64,000 nt of DNA, taken from positions 33,351 through 97,350 of the forward strand of contig JBIKVS010000004.1 of the NCBI GenBank assembly GCA_044356725.1, given 5' to 3'. The notes beneath the pieces were generated by a model. The model saw only the letters and a program-made list of their open reading frames with translations. It had not been told where the DNA came from and ran no database searches. This document shows, one piece after another, positions 7,912 to 16,629 of this stretch; position 1 is the first letter of the stretch, and each line of letters opens with the position of its first letter. The position numbers and the translations under genes were made by a program. This DNA comes from Minisyncoccia bacterium. GTDB taxonomy: Bacteria > Patescibacteriota > Minisyncoccia > SW-4-49-11.

Positions 7912-9683
7912 TACAATTATTACCCAAGAATATTATCAATCAAATTGCTGCCGGTGAAGTAGTCGAGAGACCAGCCTCTATTGTCAAAGAATTATTAGAA
8001 AATTCTATAGATGCCGGCGCTACTGAAATTAAAATTGAAATTCTAGATGCTGGATTAACCGAAATATCAATTCAAGACAATGGTTCTGGGATTGATAAGG
8101 CTGATTTTGAAAATTTATTCAAAAGGCATGCTACCAGTAAAATCGAGAAAATTGAGGACTTACATAGCTTGTCTACTATGGGTTTTCGAGGAGAGGCTTT
8201 ATCTAGTATTCAAGCCGTAGCTCAGGTAGAACTTATCACTAAGACTGAATCAGATAAGACAGGTTATTATTATAATCCCCATACTACTGAAATTAAAGCA
8301 ATAGCTAAGTCTAATACAGGGACAACTATCACTATTAGAAATCTATTCTATAATGTGCCTGCCCGTAAAAAATTCCTCAAAAGCAATACCACCGAACTCT
8401 CACATATTACCAAAATTATTGAAGAAATTGCTCTAGTAAATCCAGATATAGCTTTTATTTATAAATCTCAAAATAGAGAACTTATCAATGTTAAGACAAG
8501 TGATTTATTAACCAGAACAGTGAACATACTCAAAGTCCAAGAGCCAGATTATTTATTATTAGTCGATTCTCAAAAGCATAATATCAAGGCTATCGGGTAT
8601 ATTGGACATCCTAGAATTTCTAAAAAATCACCCCAATATCATATTTTTATCAATAATCGCCCGGTTATACAGCCTCTCATCAATAAAGCTATTCAACAAG
8701 GTTTTGACACTATGCTAGAAGTCGGTCATTATCCTTTTGCTTTTGTGTCTATTTTTATCCCGCCACAAGAACTCGATGTTAATGTACATCCAAGAAAAAC
8801 CGAAGTCAAATTCACTGACGATAGAGCTATATTTCAAAGTATCAAATATTTAATCAGAGACACCTTACAGCAGTCGGCTTTTGAAGTTATTTTAAAACCA
8901 CAAAACAGTAAACAAGAGACATCTCAAATTAGTCCAAGTTTTAATAGCAATAACCCTAAAAACTATAATTTTAAGCCATATAATCAGACTTATAATAGCA
9001 ACACTAAATCTACAATAGCGGAACCCAATTTTGCTCAATATACTCCTAAACAAATCCTAAAAGCTCAATATAACTTCCACAACATACAGCCAAATTTCAG
9101 GGAATTATTAGAAGCTGAGACTGAAAAACCTAATTTTCTACATATTTTTGACACCTATGTAGTATATCCTAATCAAAAAGGGATAATGATTTTAGACCAA
9201 CATGCTGTACATGAGAAAGTGATTTTAGAGCAATTAATAAATCAAGCAGATACGGTTAAATCACAACCTTTATTATTTCCATTAGCTATCAGTGTACCAC
9301 AATCACAAAAAGATTTTACAATAGAGGTATTAACTCAACTCCCAGGTTTCGAAGCAGATGATTTTGGAGCTAATGAGATTATAATAAGAGCCTTACCGAC
9401 ATTCTTAGCCAAAACTCAAAAGGCAGAAGAGCATATACATACCCTAATTGCTCAAATTCAAGACAGAGGTCATACTATAGAATTATCTGAATTAAGAATA
9501 GAATTATTGAAAACCATAGCTTGTAAATCGGCTATCAAAGCTGGTTATAGTATGACAAAATCAGAAATAGAGGCCTTAATAAAAGATGCAGCTAAGACTG
9601 ACTTTGGATTTGCCTGCTGTCATGGGCGGCCAACTATGGTACAATTAGATCAGGATTGGTTTGAAAAACAGTTCTCAAGATAA
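7908..9683 (+). CDS. mutL: DNA mismatch repair endonuclease MutL
   Basis: IAAGEVVERPASIVKELLENSIDAGA, GFRGEAL, DQHAVHE, ACKSAIK, CCHGRP. Confidence 0.97.
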   Translation: MIQLLPKNIINQIAAGEVVERPASIVKELLENSIDAGATEIKIEILDAGLTEISIQDNGSGIDKADFENLFKRHATSKIEKIEDLHSLSTMGFRGEALSSIQAVAQVELITKTESDKTGYYYNPHTTEIKAIAKSNTGTTITIRNLFYNVPARKKFLKSNTTELSHITKIIEEIALVNPDIAFIYKSQNRELINVKTSDLLTRTVNILKVQEPDYLLLVDSQKHNIKAIGYIGHPRISKKSPQYHIFINNRPVIQPLINKAIQQGFDTMLEVGHYPFAFVSIFIPPQELDVNVHPRKTEVKFTDDRAIFQSIKYLIRDTLQQSAFEVILKPQNSKQETSQISPSFNSNNPKNYNFKPYNQTYNSNTKSTIAEPNFAQYTPKQILKAQYNFHNIQPNFRELLEAETEKPNFLHIFDTYVVYPNQKGIMILDQHAVHEKVILEQLINQADTVKSQPLLFPLAISVPQSQKDFTIEVLTQLPGFEADDFGANEIIIRALPTFLAKTQKAEEHIHTLIAQIQDRGHTIELSELRIELLKTIACKSAIKAGYSMTKSEIEALIKDAAKTDFGFACCHGRPTMVQLDQDWFEKQFSR

Positions 9684-9693
9684 TATAAAATAT

Positions 9694-10629
9694 ATGCAGA
9701 ATCAAAAAACAGTATTAATAGAAGTCGGTATAAGTGCTTTACTTTGGATCACTATTGTGATGATATTAAATTCAGTACTTGGCAGTATACCCACTCTATT
9801 AGGAGGTATATTGGCAGGACTTTTAGGGATAATATATATTTCAACACTATCATTATATGTCTGTATTGAAGATACTCCGAAGCATATTGTACAATTTATA
9901 CTTTTACAAATTTTACCATTAATTTTTATAGGTCTTTGGTTTGACCTAATGACAGCCTTAATTATAGTATTTACATTAATCCTAGGGATACAAACATTAT
10001 TCAAGACTATTAAAGATATGAATGAAAGTGCCAGTGACCATATCAGATTTAGGGTAAAGACTATCGTGCTACCACATACCAAAAGGATGATTATATGGTT
10101 AATGCTCTTAACCTCAGTCTTTATCTACGGGAACACTATTAGAACCAATCCTAATGGTATTTTGCTCGAAGAATCTTTTGTAGGCAATCAAATTCAAGCC
10201 TGGCTTCCTATTGTTCAAGAAATTGCTCCAGACTTTGACCCTAATATCTCAGTTGGAAATTATGTCTCCGAGCAATTAGACTCCCAGATAGAATCTCAAA
10301 ATCTAGATACAAGGCTAATTAATAGAGATACAGCTATTCAAAATCAAATCAGCACTCTATCCAATAGATTCCAAATCCCTATTAATCGAGACACCCCAAT
10401 CATTCAAGCTTTTATCACTTATATTAATAAATTTATTTCTCCTTGGATGAGTGGTCCACTTTGGGGAATTATAGTCTCCTTGATAGTATTTTTGACCTTT
10501 TTACCATTTGTGTGGGTATTCCAAATAGGAATTAGACTTATTACAAATTTGATAAAATATTGGAGCATTAAAACTAATTTAGTTAAATTGAATGTTAAAA
10601 GCACTGAGAAAGAGAGATTGAGGTTGTAG
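9694..10629 (+). CDS. Hypothetical multi-pass membrane protein
   Basis: Several hydrophobic segments; start moved to ATG 9694. Confidence 0.7.
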   Translation: MQNQKTVLIEVGISALLWITIVMILNSVLGSIPTLLGGILAGLLGIIYISTLSLYVCIEDTPKHIVQFILLQILPLIFIGLWFDLMTALIIVFTLILGIQTLFKTIKDMNESASDHIRFRVKTIVLPHTKRMIIWLMLLTSVFIYGNTIRTNPNGILLEESFVGNQIQAWLPIVQEIAPDFDPNISVGNYVSEQLDSQIESQNLDTRLINRDTAIQNQISTLSNRFQIPINRDTPIIQAFITYINKFISPWMSGPLWGIIVSLIVFLTFLPFVWVFQIGIRLITNLIKYWSIKTNLVKLNVKSTEKERLRL

Positions 10630-10646
10630 TTAGTGAATTGAATTAA

Positions 10647-10752
10647 AATTCCCCTCTCTTCCTACGGTTTACCTACCGCAGGCAGGGAGATAAATTGAGG
10701 GGTGCCCATAGGGCAAGGTGGAAAAACCAGGCGACTGAAAGGTCGCCCCTAC
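10647..10752 (+). repeat. Two-hairpin REP-like repeat followed by GTAG-type REP
   Basis: 10647-10722 resembles 3991-4074 (reverse complement); ggcgactgaaaggtcgcccctac at 10730-10752. Confidence 0.8.
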
Positions 10753-10840
10753 GAGAACTATGAACTAAAATGAGGAATATATTATAGACAAAAGTGGGGA
10801 AATATGCTATTGTCTAGGAGTTCCCTCAAACCATCAGGCT

Positions 10841-11131
10841 ATGACCATGTCACAAACTGATAAAGATAGAGCTTTGCAAGAGGCAAGAGGTGCCTACCAG
10901 GATTCTGACGGAGCTCTCGTGGCTCTTGCTGCTGCTGCCAAAGAGTATCAGGACATTTTTGCCCTTACCAGGCACCCCAACTTTAAGGATAGTGTCATGA
11001 CAGGAGAGGTTTTCGCTGATCTGACCCAGGCTAGGCGAAAAATGAAGGAGGCTTTTGATGAAGTCTCTCGCACAGAAACAGCTCTTTTTAAGCAAGTTGC
11101 TAGTCTTCTTGCACCGGCATCGGGTGATTGA
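10841..11131 (+). CDS. Orphan helical hypothetical protein in a standalone transcription unit
   Basis: 96 aa, visibly more GC-rich than its neighbours. TAGACA..TGCTATTGT promoter upstream; hairpin plus T8 downstream (about 11158-11188). Confidence 0.7.
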   Translation: MTMSQTDKDRALQEARGAYQDSDGALVALAAAAKEYQDIFALTRHPNFKDSVMTGEVFADLTQARRKMKEAFDEVSRTETALFKQVASLLAPASGD

Positions 11132-11196
11132 ATCAATCTTCACCTCCACGCCCTCCCCCCCGACCGTTTCGCGGCTCGGGTTTTTTTTACATCAAA

Positions 11197-11223
11197 ATAG
11201 CACTCTGTACAGATTAGTGCTAA
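11197..11223. promoter_or_regulatory. CIRCE element (HrcA operator)
   Basis: ATAGCACTC-N9-TAGTGCTAA versus consensus TTAGCACTC-N9-GAGTGCTAA, directly upstream of dnaJ. Confidence 0.85.
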
Positions 11224-11267
11224 TATTGTATAATATTTGGTATAAAACAATTTTAGATATCAAGTCA

Positions 11268-12371
11268 ATGGCAAAAGATTATTATCAAATACTAGGAGTG
11301 TCCAAAGATGCTAATGAGGCGGAGATCAAAAAGGCCTATCGTAAATTAGCTCATCAATATCACCCAGATAAAAAAGGAGGAGATGAAGCTAAGTTCAAAG
11401 AAATTAATGAGGCTTATCAGACTCTGAGTGATCCTCAAAAACGACAACAATATAATCAATTTGGGTCTAATTATCAGCAAGCAGGTGGAGGTGCTGGAGG
11501 TTTCTCTGGATTTAGTGGAGGACAGGGATTTTCTTTTGACGATATTTTTGGGCAGAGTGGATTTTCTTTTGGAGGAGGAGGTTTTGAGGATGTTTTCTCA
11601 GATGTTTTTGGTGGTGGAAGCTCAAGAGGTGGTTCTAGAAGGCAGTCAAGAGGTAGGGATATTGAGCTTGCCGTAGATATAACTTTAGAAGAAGCTTATG
11701 CGGGAATATCTAAAACTATAGATTTAGAACTTAATTCTACTTGTGATGTTTGTGATGGAACTGGTGCTCAGAATAAAACCACCAAACAATGTCCCACTTG
11801 TAATGGGAATGGTTATATAGATCAGCAAGTCAGAACTATGCTCGGGACATTTAATCAAAGAGCCACTTGTGGCACTTGTCAGGGACGTGGTGTAATTCCA
11901 GAATCTAATTGTAAAGCTTGTCAAGGAACAGGTGTCAAGCGACAGAAGAAATCTATCAAAATTGAGATTCCAAAAGGAATTGCTAATGGCCAAACTTTAG
12001 AAATGCGAGGAGAAGGAGAAGCAGCCCCATTTGGTGGAGCTAATGGAAATATATATATTCATATCAAAGTCAAGCCACATAAAAGATTTGAAAGACGAGG
12101 TGATGATATTCATTTAACTCAAGATATAGTCTATACCACAGCTGTATTAGGTGGAAATGTAGACATAGACACTTTAGCTGGAGAATTAAATTTAAAAATT
12201 CCAAAACATACCCAATCAGGAGAAATATTCAGACTTCGAGAAAAAGGTATGCCTCATTTACAAGGTAGAGGCTATGGAGATATGTATGTCACAGTCAGAA
12301 TTACCACCCCAAAGCATATTTCTCGCCGAGCTCAGCAATTACTAAAAGATTTGCAATTTGAAGGAATGTGA
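11268..12371 (+). CDS. dnaJ: Chaperone DnaJ
   Basis: MAKDYYQILGV, HPD motif, G/F region, four CxxCxGxG repeats; true start at ATG 11268. Confidence 0.97.
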   Translation: MAKDYYQILGVSKDANEAEIKKAYRKLAHQYHPDKKGGDEAKFKEINEAYQTLSDPQKRQQYNQFGSNYQQAGGGAGGFSGFSGGQGFSFDDIFGQSGFSFGGGGFEDVFSDVFGGGSSRGGSRRQSRGRDIELAVDITLEEAYAGISKTIDLELNSTCDVCDGTGAQNKTTKQCPTCNGNGYIDQQVRTMLGTFNQRATCGTCQGRGVIPESNCKACQGTGVKRQKKSIKIEIPKGIANGQTLEMRGEGEAAPFGGANGNIYIHIKVKPHKRFERRGDDIHLTQDIVYTTAVLGGNVDIDTLAGELNLKIPKHTQSGEIFRLREKGMPHLQGRGYGDMYVTVRITTPKHISRRAQQLLKDLQFEGM

Positions 12372-12405
12372 TATAATATAAAAATATAGTTTTAAATATA
12401 AAAAT

Positions 12406-12927
12406 ATGGATGCATTAGAACCTCTATTTGGCAAAGTAACTCCTAGCTCAATTTCGGGAGACTTATTTATTAGTATAGTTTTAATTTTAGGCTTATCTTT
12501 TTATATTTATAAAAAAGGAGTAAAAGATATCTTTATTCTAGCCATTGCTTTGTATATTGCCCAAGTTTTATCCACCGTTTATCCCTGGGAGATTTCTAAT
12601 ATAGGAAGTTTTCCAGGAGACGGGGCATTGTTTTTAGTATTAACTTTGATTATAAACTGGGCATTACAAAGCTCAGCCATAGCCTCCAACCTCAGCATTG
12701 CCAAAAAACCACTGTGGCGAAATTTATTGTTCGGAGTCTCAGTAGTTGGATTATTATTAGTCAATGTCTTAAGTGTGATCAAAACTCAAGATAAATCAGT
12801 TCTAAACATTATTGAACAATCTTTATTCAGTAAAGAATCATTTCAAATTTTTTGGACTATTTCTCCATTATTATTTTTCCCATTTCTTAAAGCTACAGCT
12901 AAAAAGTCTAGCTCCAAATCCAAATGA
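12406..12927 (+). CDS. Hypothetical membrane protein
   Basis: 173 aa with about 5 hydrophobic segments. Confidence 0.7.
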   Translation: MDALEPLFGKVTPSSISGDLFISIVLILGLSFYIYKKGVKDIFILAIALYIAQVLSTVYPWEISNIGSFPGDGALFLVLTLIINWALQSSAIASNLSIAKKPLWRNLLFGVSVVGLLLVNVLSVIKTQDKSVLNIIEQSLFSKESFQIFWTISPLLFFPFLKATAKKSSSKSK

Positions 12928-13376
12928 AATGCCCACAATGTTCCAATATAGATACTAGAATTACTGACTCCAGATTGTCTCGGGATGATATGATAGTCAG
13001 ACGAAGACGAATTTGTGAAAAATGCCAGTATAGATTTACCACCGCTGAGACCAGAGAAGTCTTAGATGTGATGGTAGTAAAAAAATCTGGCATTAAAGAG
13101 AGATATAGCACAGATAAATTGCTAAAGGCCGTATCTATATCATTACACAAAAGACCATTTACTCAAGATAAAATTAGAGATTTTATAATAAAACTAGAAG
13201 TAGATTTATTCAAAAAAGATCCAAAAGAAATCTCTACCAAGCAAATTGGAGACACAGTATTAAAGCATCTTAAAGTTTTTGACGAAGTAGCCTATATTAG
13301 ATTTGCTTCTATTTATCGCGACTTTAGAACTATCAAAGGATTTAGACACGAAATAGACAAATTATCACAAGATTAA
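12924..13376 (+). CDS. nrdR: Transcriptional repressor NrdR
   Basis: MKCPQC...DSR...RRRRICEKC..RFTT.E, ATP cone, DEVAYIRFASIY. Confidence 0.96.
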   Translation: MKCPQCSNIDTRITDSRLSRDDMIVRRRRICEKCQYRFTTAETREVLDVMVVKKSGIKERYSTDKLLKAVSISLHKRPFTQDKIRDFIIKLEVDLFKKDPKEISTKQIGDTVLKHLKVFDEVAYIRFASIYRDFRTIKGFRHEIDKLSQD

Positions 13377-13386
13377 ATTAATCAAT

Positions 13387-14115
13387 TTACATTTGATTAT
13401 AAAGTCTCAGGATGGTATTAGTATCATCATAAGCGACTAATTCACCTTTATGTAGCAAAATACATTTATTACAATGTTGTTGAATCTCATCCATATTATG
13501 GCTAACAATAATAGCGGTTTTACCCATTTGTTTTAATCTTTGGAGGCGATTATTAACTTTGGCTTGAAAATTAGCATCAGTAGTAGCTGGAATTTCATCA
13601 AACAGATAAATATCAGCATTAATATTGAGAATTAAACCTAAAATTAACCTAGTTTTCATCCCAGTAGATAAAAATTTTATCTTTTGAGAGGTAAAGTCAT
13701 GTAATTCTGAAAAATTAATAATATTCTGATAAATTTTATTAATATCCTCTCTTGGCAATCCAACCTGCAAAGCTTTCACTAGAACAGCATCCTCAGCTCT
13801 ACCTTCAGGATGCAGCATTTCATCAGGCCCAAAGAAGGGTAAAACCGAACCCTCCACTGTTACCTGTCCTTGGTCAGGAGTATGAATACCAGCTAATAAC
13901 TTCAAAAAAGTGCTCTTCCCACTACCATTTTTACCAATAATACCAATCCACTCACCCTGATTTATATCCAAAGTAATATCTTTTAATACAGGATTAGCTG
14001 TGGTTTTAAAAGATTGAAAACCGTCCATTTGACCTCCAGAACGACTATTATTCTTACTCTGTAAGTTAAAATATTTAGAAACACTATCTATCTGAATTAA
14101 TTTTTTTGTAGCCAT
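13387..14115 (-). CDS. Polysaccharide/teichoic-acid export ABC ATPase (Wzt/TagH-like)
   Basis: GKNGSGKST, LSTGMKTRL signature, LFDE, IIVSH. Confidence 0.82.
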   Translation of the reverse strand: MATKKLIQIDSVSKYFNLQSKNNSRSGGQMDGFQSFKTTANPVLKDITLDINQGEWIGIIGKNGSGKSTFLKLLAGIHTPDQGQVTVEGSVLPFFGPDEMLHPEGRAEDAVLVKALQVGLPREDINKIYQNIINFSELHDFTSQKIKFLSTGMKTRLILGLILNINADIYLFDEIPATTDANFQAKVNNRLQRLKQMGKTAIIVSHNMDEIQQHCNKCILLHKGELVAYDDTNTILRLYNQM

Positions 14116-14276
14116 ATTTAATAATTGTATACAATATTGTATTTATTATAAAGAATTTAGATAAAAAAAGCAAGGAAAAGAAAAAATACTTCAACATATT
14201 TGAAGATCTAATTAATATCTTTTTAATAATATGAGTGGAAAAAAGGGGAGGATTTATAGTAGACTTGAATTAGGTG

Positions 14277-15233
14277 TTATCTGAATATATCTCTAAAGAA
14301 ATCTTTAAGAGGATTTGTAATTACTGTTTCACCAGGAGCTCCAATTGCTCGGTTAATATCACTATGATTATACTTACTTCCATCTACTACCGAAACATCC
14401 ACATTCACAGAACGTAGTTTATCTATGAAGGCCAATGTATTAGCTGTTTTAGTAGTGGTCCCACGTTTTGCTATAAAAAACTTTGGGTAAGAAGTCCCTG
14501 GAAACAGATTATTAATTGGTGATGCTTCAAATAATACTGCTGGATCAGTTCCAAATGCATTTTTATATAAATCCAACTCAGCTTCTTCCACTCTTTGTGA
14601 AATGTCATATCCTTCTGTATCAATAGAAGCTACTCCCTTTATAGCGTCGAGTGGAATATCTCTTTGAGGTAAAAATTGCTTACTTGTACCGGACAAACTA
14701 ACTAAGTGGCCTCCAGCACTATGTCCTAGTAAAGCAATTTTTTTATTATTTCCTCCATAAGTACTAATGTTTTCATACGTCCATTTAATAGCATCAGCTA
14801 CATCATTATTATGGGTAGGGTACATTACTCGATTTGGATCAGTATCCCCTGAATTAGTGCTAAGTCGATAATTAATACTTACAAGTATATACCCCTCTTC
14901 AGCAGTAAGATTTAGTTTATTATTTAATCCATTAGACTTGTCGCCAGCTCTCCAGCCACCTCCATGTACCCAAATAACTACAGGTGATTTTTTGGCTACA
15001 TTATTAAAATGGTATATATCTAAACTTAATAAGTTTGGATCAACATTTTCTATAGTTTTATATTCTCGTGTCACCTTTTTGTAAATATCAGGAACTGTAG
15101 TGATATAAGTTGGGATAACAATATTTTTTGAATTTACAAGAAAAAATATAAGAAGGACTATTATTATTGACAATGATATATAATATATATTTCTATTTTT
15201 TTTTGCATACTTTGCATACATAATTACATACAT
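14277..15233 (-). CDS. Membrane-anchored alpha/beta hydrolase (HSL-like esterase)
   Basis: N-terminal TM segment; HGGGW; GHSAGG nucleophile elbow. Confidence 0.85.
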   Translation of the reverse strand: MYVIMYAKYAKKNRNIYYISLSIIIVLLIFFLVNSKNIVIPTYITTVPDIYKKVTREYKTIENVDPNLLSLDIYHFNNVAKKSPVVIWVHGGGWRAGDKSNGLNNKLNLTAEEGYILVSINYRLSTNSGDTDPNRVMYPTHNNDVADAIKWTYENISTYGGNNKKIALLGHSAGGHLVSLSGTSKQFLPQRDIPLDAIKGVASIDTEGYDISQRVEEAELDLYKNAFGTDPAVLFEASPINNLFPGTSYPKFFIAKRGTTTKTANTLAFIDKLRSVNVDVSVVDGSKYNHSDINRAIGAPGETVITNPLKDFFRDIFR

Positions 15234-15250
15234 TATTCATATAACAGTTG

Positions 15251-15332
15251 TGCCGAGGAGAGGACTCGAACCTCCACATCATAAGATACATGCTCCTAAG
15301 GCATGCGTGTCTACCAATTCCACCACCTCGGC
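15251..15332 (-). tRNA. tRNA-Leu(UAG)
   Basis: Reverse complement GCCGAGGTGGTGGAATTGGTAGACACG CATGC-CTTAGGA-GCATG ... GGTTCGAGTCC TCTCCTCGGCA. Confidence 0.95.
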
Positions 15333-15476
15333 TTATGTTATACATTGTACTATATATTGACATTTTGTCAATTATGTGCTATAATTTTTCCCATCTCTCA
15401 AATATAAGACCTATTTTATATTTGTCTACACTGTTTTTGGCTGAATTTTGGGAGAGGTTATCAGTTGTCCTAGTTA

Positions 15477-16037
15477 ATGGATATATTATATATAATTTTG
15501 GCTGCAGTTATTGGAATTACGGGAGTTCTTCCAAGCAATACTCAGCCCGCGGTTGCAAGTTCATTTGATTTAGAAGTGACCAACTCAGTTATCAATGGAG
15601 TTAATCCCGTTGAAACTATCATAACCCCTAAACCTGAGCCTGAAAAACCTAAACAAGCTCAAGTTAAACAAGCTACAGTACAAACCAAAACTTCTTTCTA
15701 TGCTTCAGTAGAAGCCGAATTAAGCAATATTCCAGCACAAGGTTCTTGTTTTGATTACGTGCCTGAGATGGCCGCTAAATATGGAGTAGATGCTGACTTG
15801 ATGACTAGAATTATCAAGGCTGAATCTGGAGGAAATCCTCTTGCTAAGAATAAAAACTCTACCGCCTCTGGTTGTGGACAGTTTATTCGAGGTACTTGGG
15901 CAGGAACATTGAGACAAATGGGTAGAGAATGGGTAACTCCGTTCGATGCCAAAACCAATGTCGAGGCTATGGCTTTCAAAATCTCTCGTGGAGGTATTGG
16001 AGCTTGGAATGCCAGTAAATCTAAGTGGTCTAAATAA
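15477..16037 (+). CDS. Secreted lytic transglycosylase (SLT domain)
   Basis: Signal peptide; AAKYGVD..LM..IIKAESGGNP.AKN..STASGCGQFI..TW. Confidence 0.85.
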   Translation: MDILYIILAAVIGITGVLPSNTQPAVASSFDLEVTNSVINGVNPVETIITPKPEPEKPKQAQVKQATVQTKTSFYASVEAELSNIPAQGSCFDYVPEMAAKYGVDADLMTRIIKAESGGNPLAKNKNSTASGCGQFIRGTWAGTLRQMGREWVTPFDAKTNVEAMAFKISRGGIGAWNASKSKWSK

Positions 16038-16109
16038 TACTGTTTATTAGCCACTACCAAAAGCCCTCTTTAATCGGAGAGCTTTTTGGTTTATAGGGAG
16101 ATTTTCTTT

Positions 16110-16133
16110 GTAGGGGCGAACTTATTAGTCGCC
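16110..16133 (+). repeat. GTAG-type REP
   Basis: gtaggggcgaacttattagtcgcc, with a degenerate inverted partner near 16158-16180. Confidence 0.7.
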
Positions 16134-16225
16134 TGTATTTTATCTAAATTCTAGCAAGCGACTGAGAGGTCACCCCCTCCTAATATCTCTTTTCAAGAGC
16201 TAATAGGAGGGACAAAAACCCTACG

Positions 16226-16274
16226 AATTAAAAATTCACAATTCATAATTCACCATTCACAATTTATAATTTTA
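16226..16274. repeat. Heptamer tandem repeat (AATTCAC-like)
   Basis: Seven units; 16244-16271 is identical to the reverse complement of 26697-26724. Confidence 0.75.
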
Positions 16275-16347
16275 CTTACCTCCTCTTGCAATATAATTCA
16301 AATTATGTTATATTTATATCAACTACTAAGATAATATATTTTAAGTT

Positions 16348-16614
16348 ATGTTAAACTCAGACTCAAAAGGGCAGATTATTAGCAAATTCCAAACACATGA
16401 AACTGATAATGGATCAGCTCCAGTTCAGATTGCTTTGATTACAGAAAGAATCCTTTATTTAACAGAACATTTGAAGACAAATCGTAAAGATTTTCATTCT
16501 AGAAAAGGTTTGATCCAACTAGTTTCTCAAAGAAAAAAACTTTTAGCTTATCTTAAAAAAACAGACTTAAGTTTATTTGAAAAAACCGTCAAAGAGCTTG
16601 GGCTTAGAGCATAG
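16348..16614 (+). CDS. rpsO: 30S ribosomal protein S15
   Basis: HETDNGSAPVQIALITERI..LTEHLK.NRKDFHSRKGL. Confidence 0.97.
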   Translation: MLNSDSKGQIISKFQTHETDNGSAPVQIALITERILYLTEHLKTNRKDFHSRKGLIQLVSQRKKLLAYLKKTDLSLFEKTVKELGLRA

Positions 16615-16629
16615 ACTCACCCTAATTAT

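Noticed and set aside
11055-11267. N-terminal extension of DnaJ in the ORF track
   Set aside because: Spans the upstream gene, a terminator and the CIRCE; the J-domain starts at 11268.
15248-15568. 106-aa ORF
   Set aside because: Antisense to tRNA-Leu(UAG) and overlaps the SLT gene out of frame.
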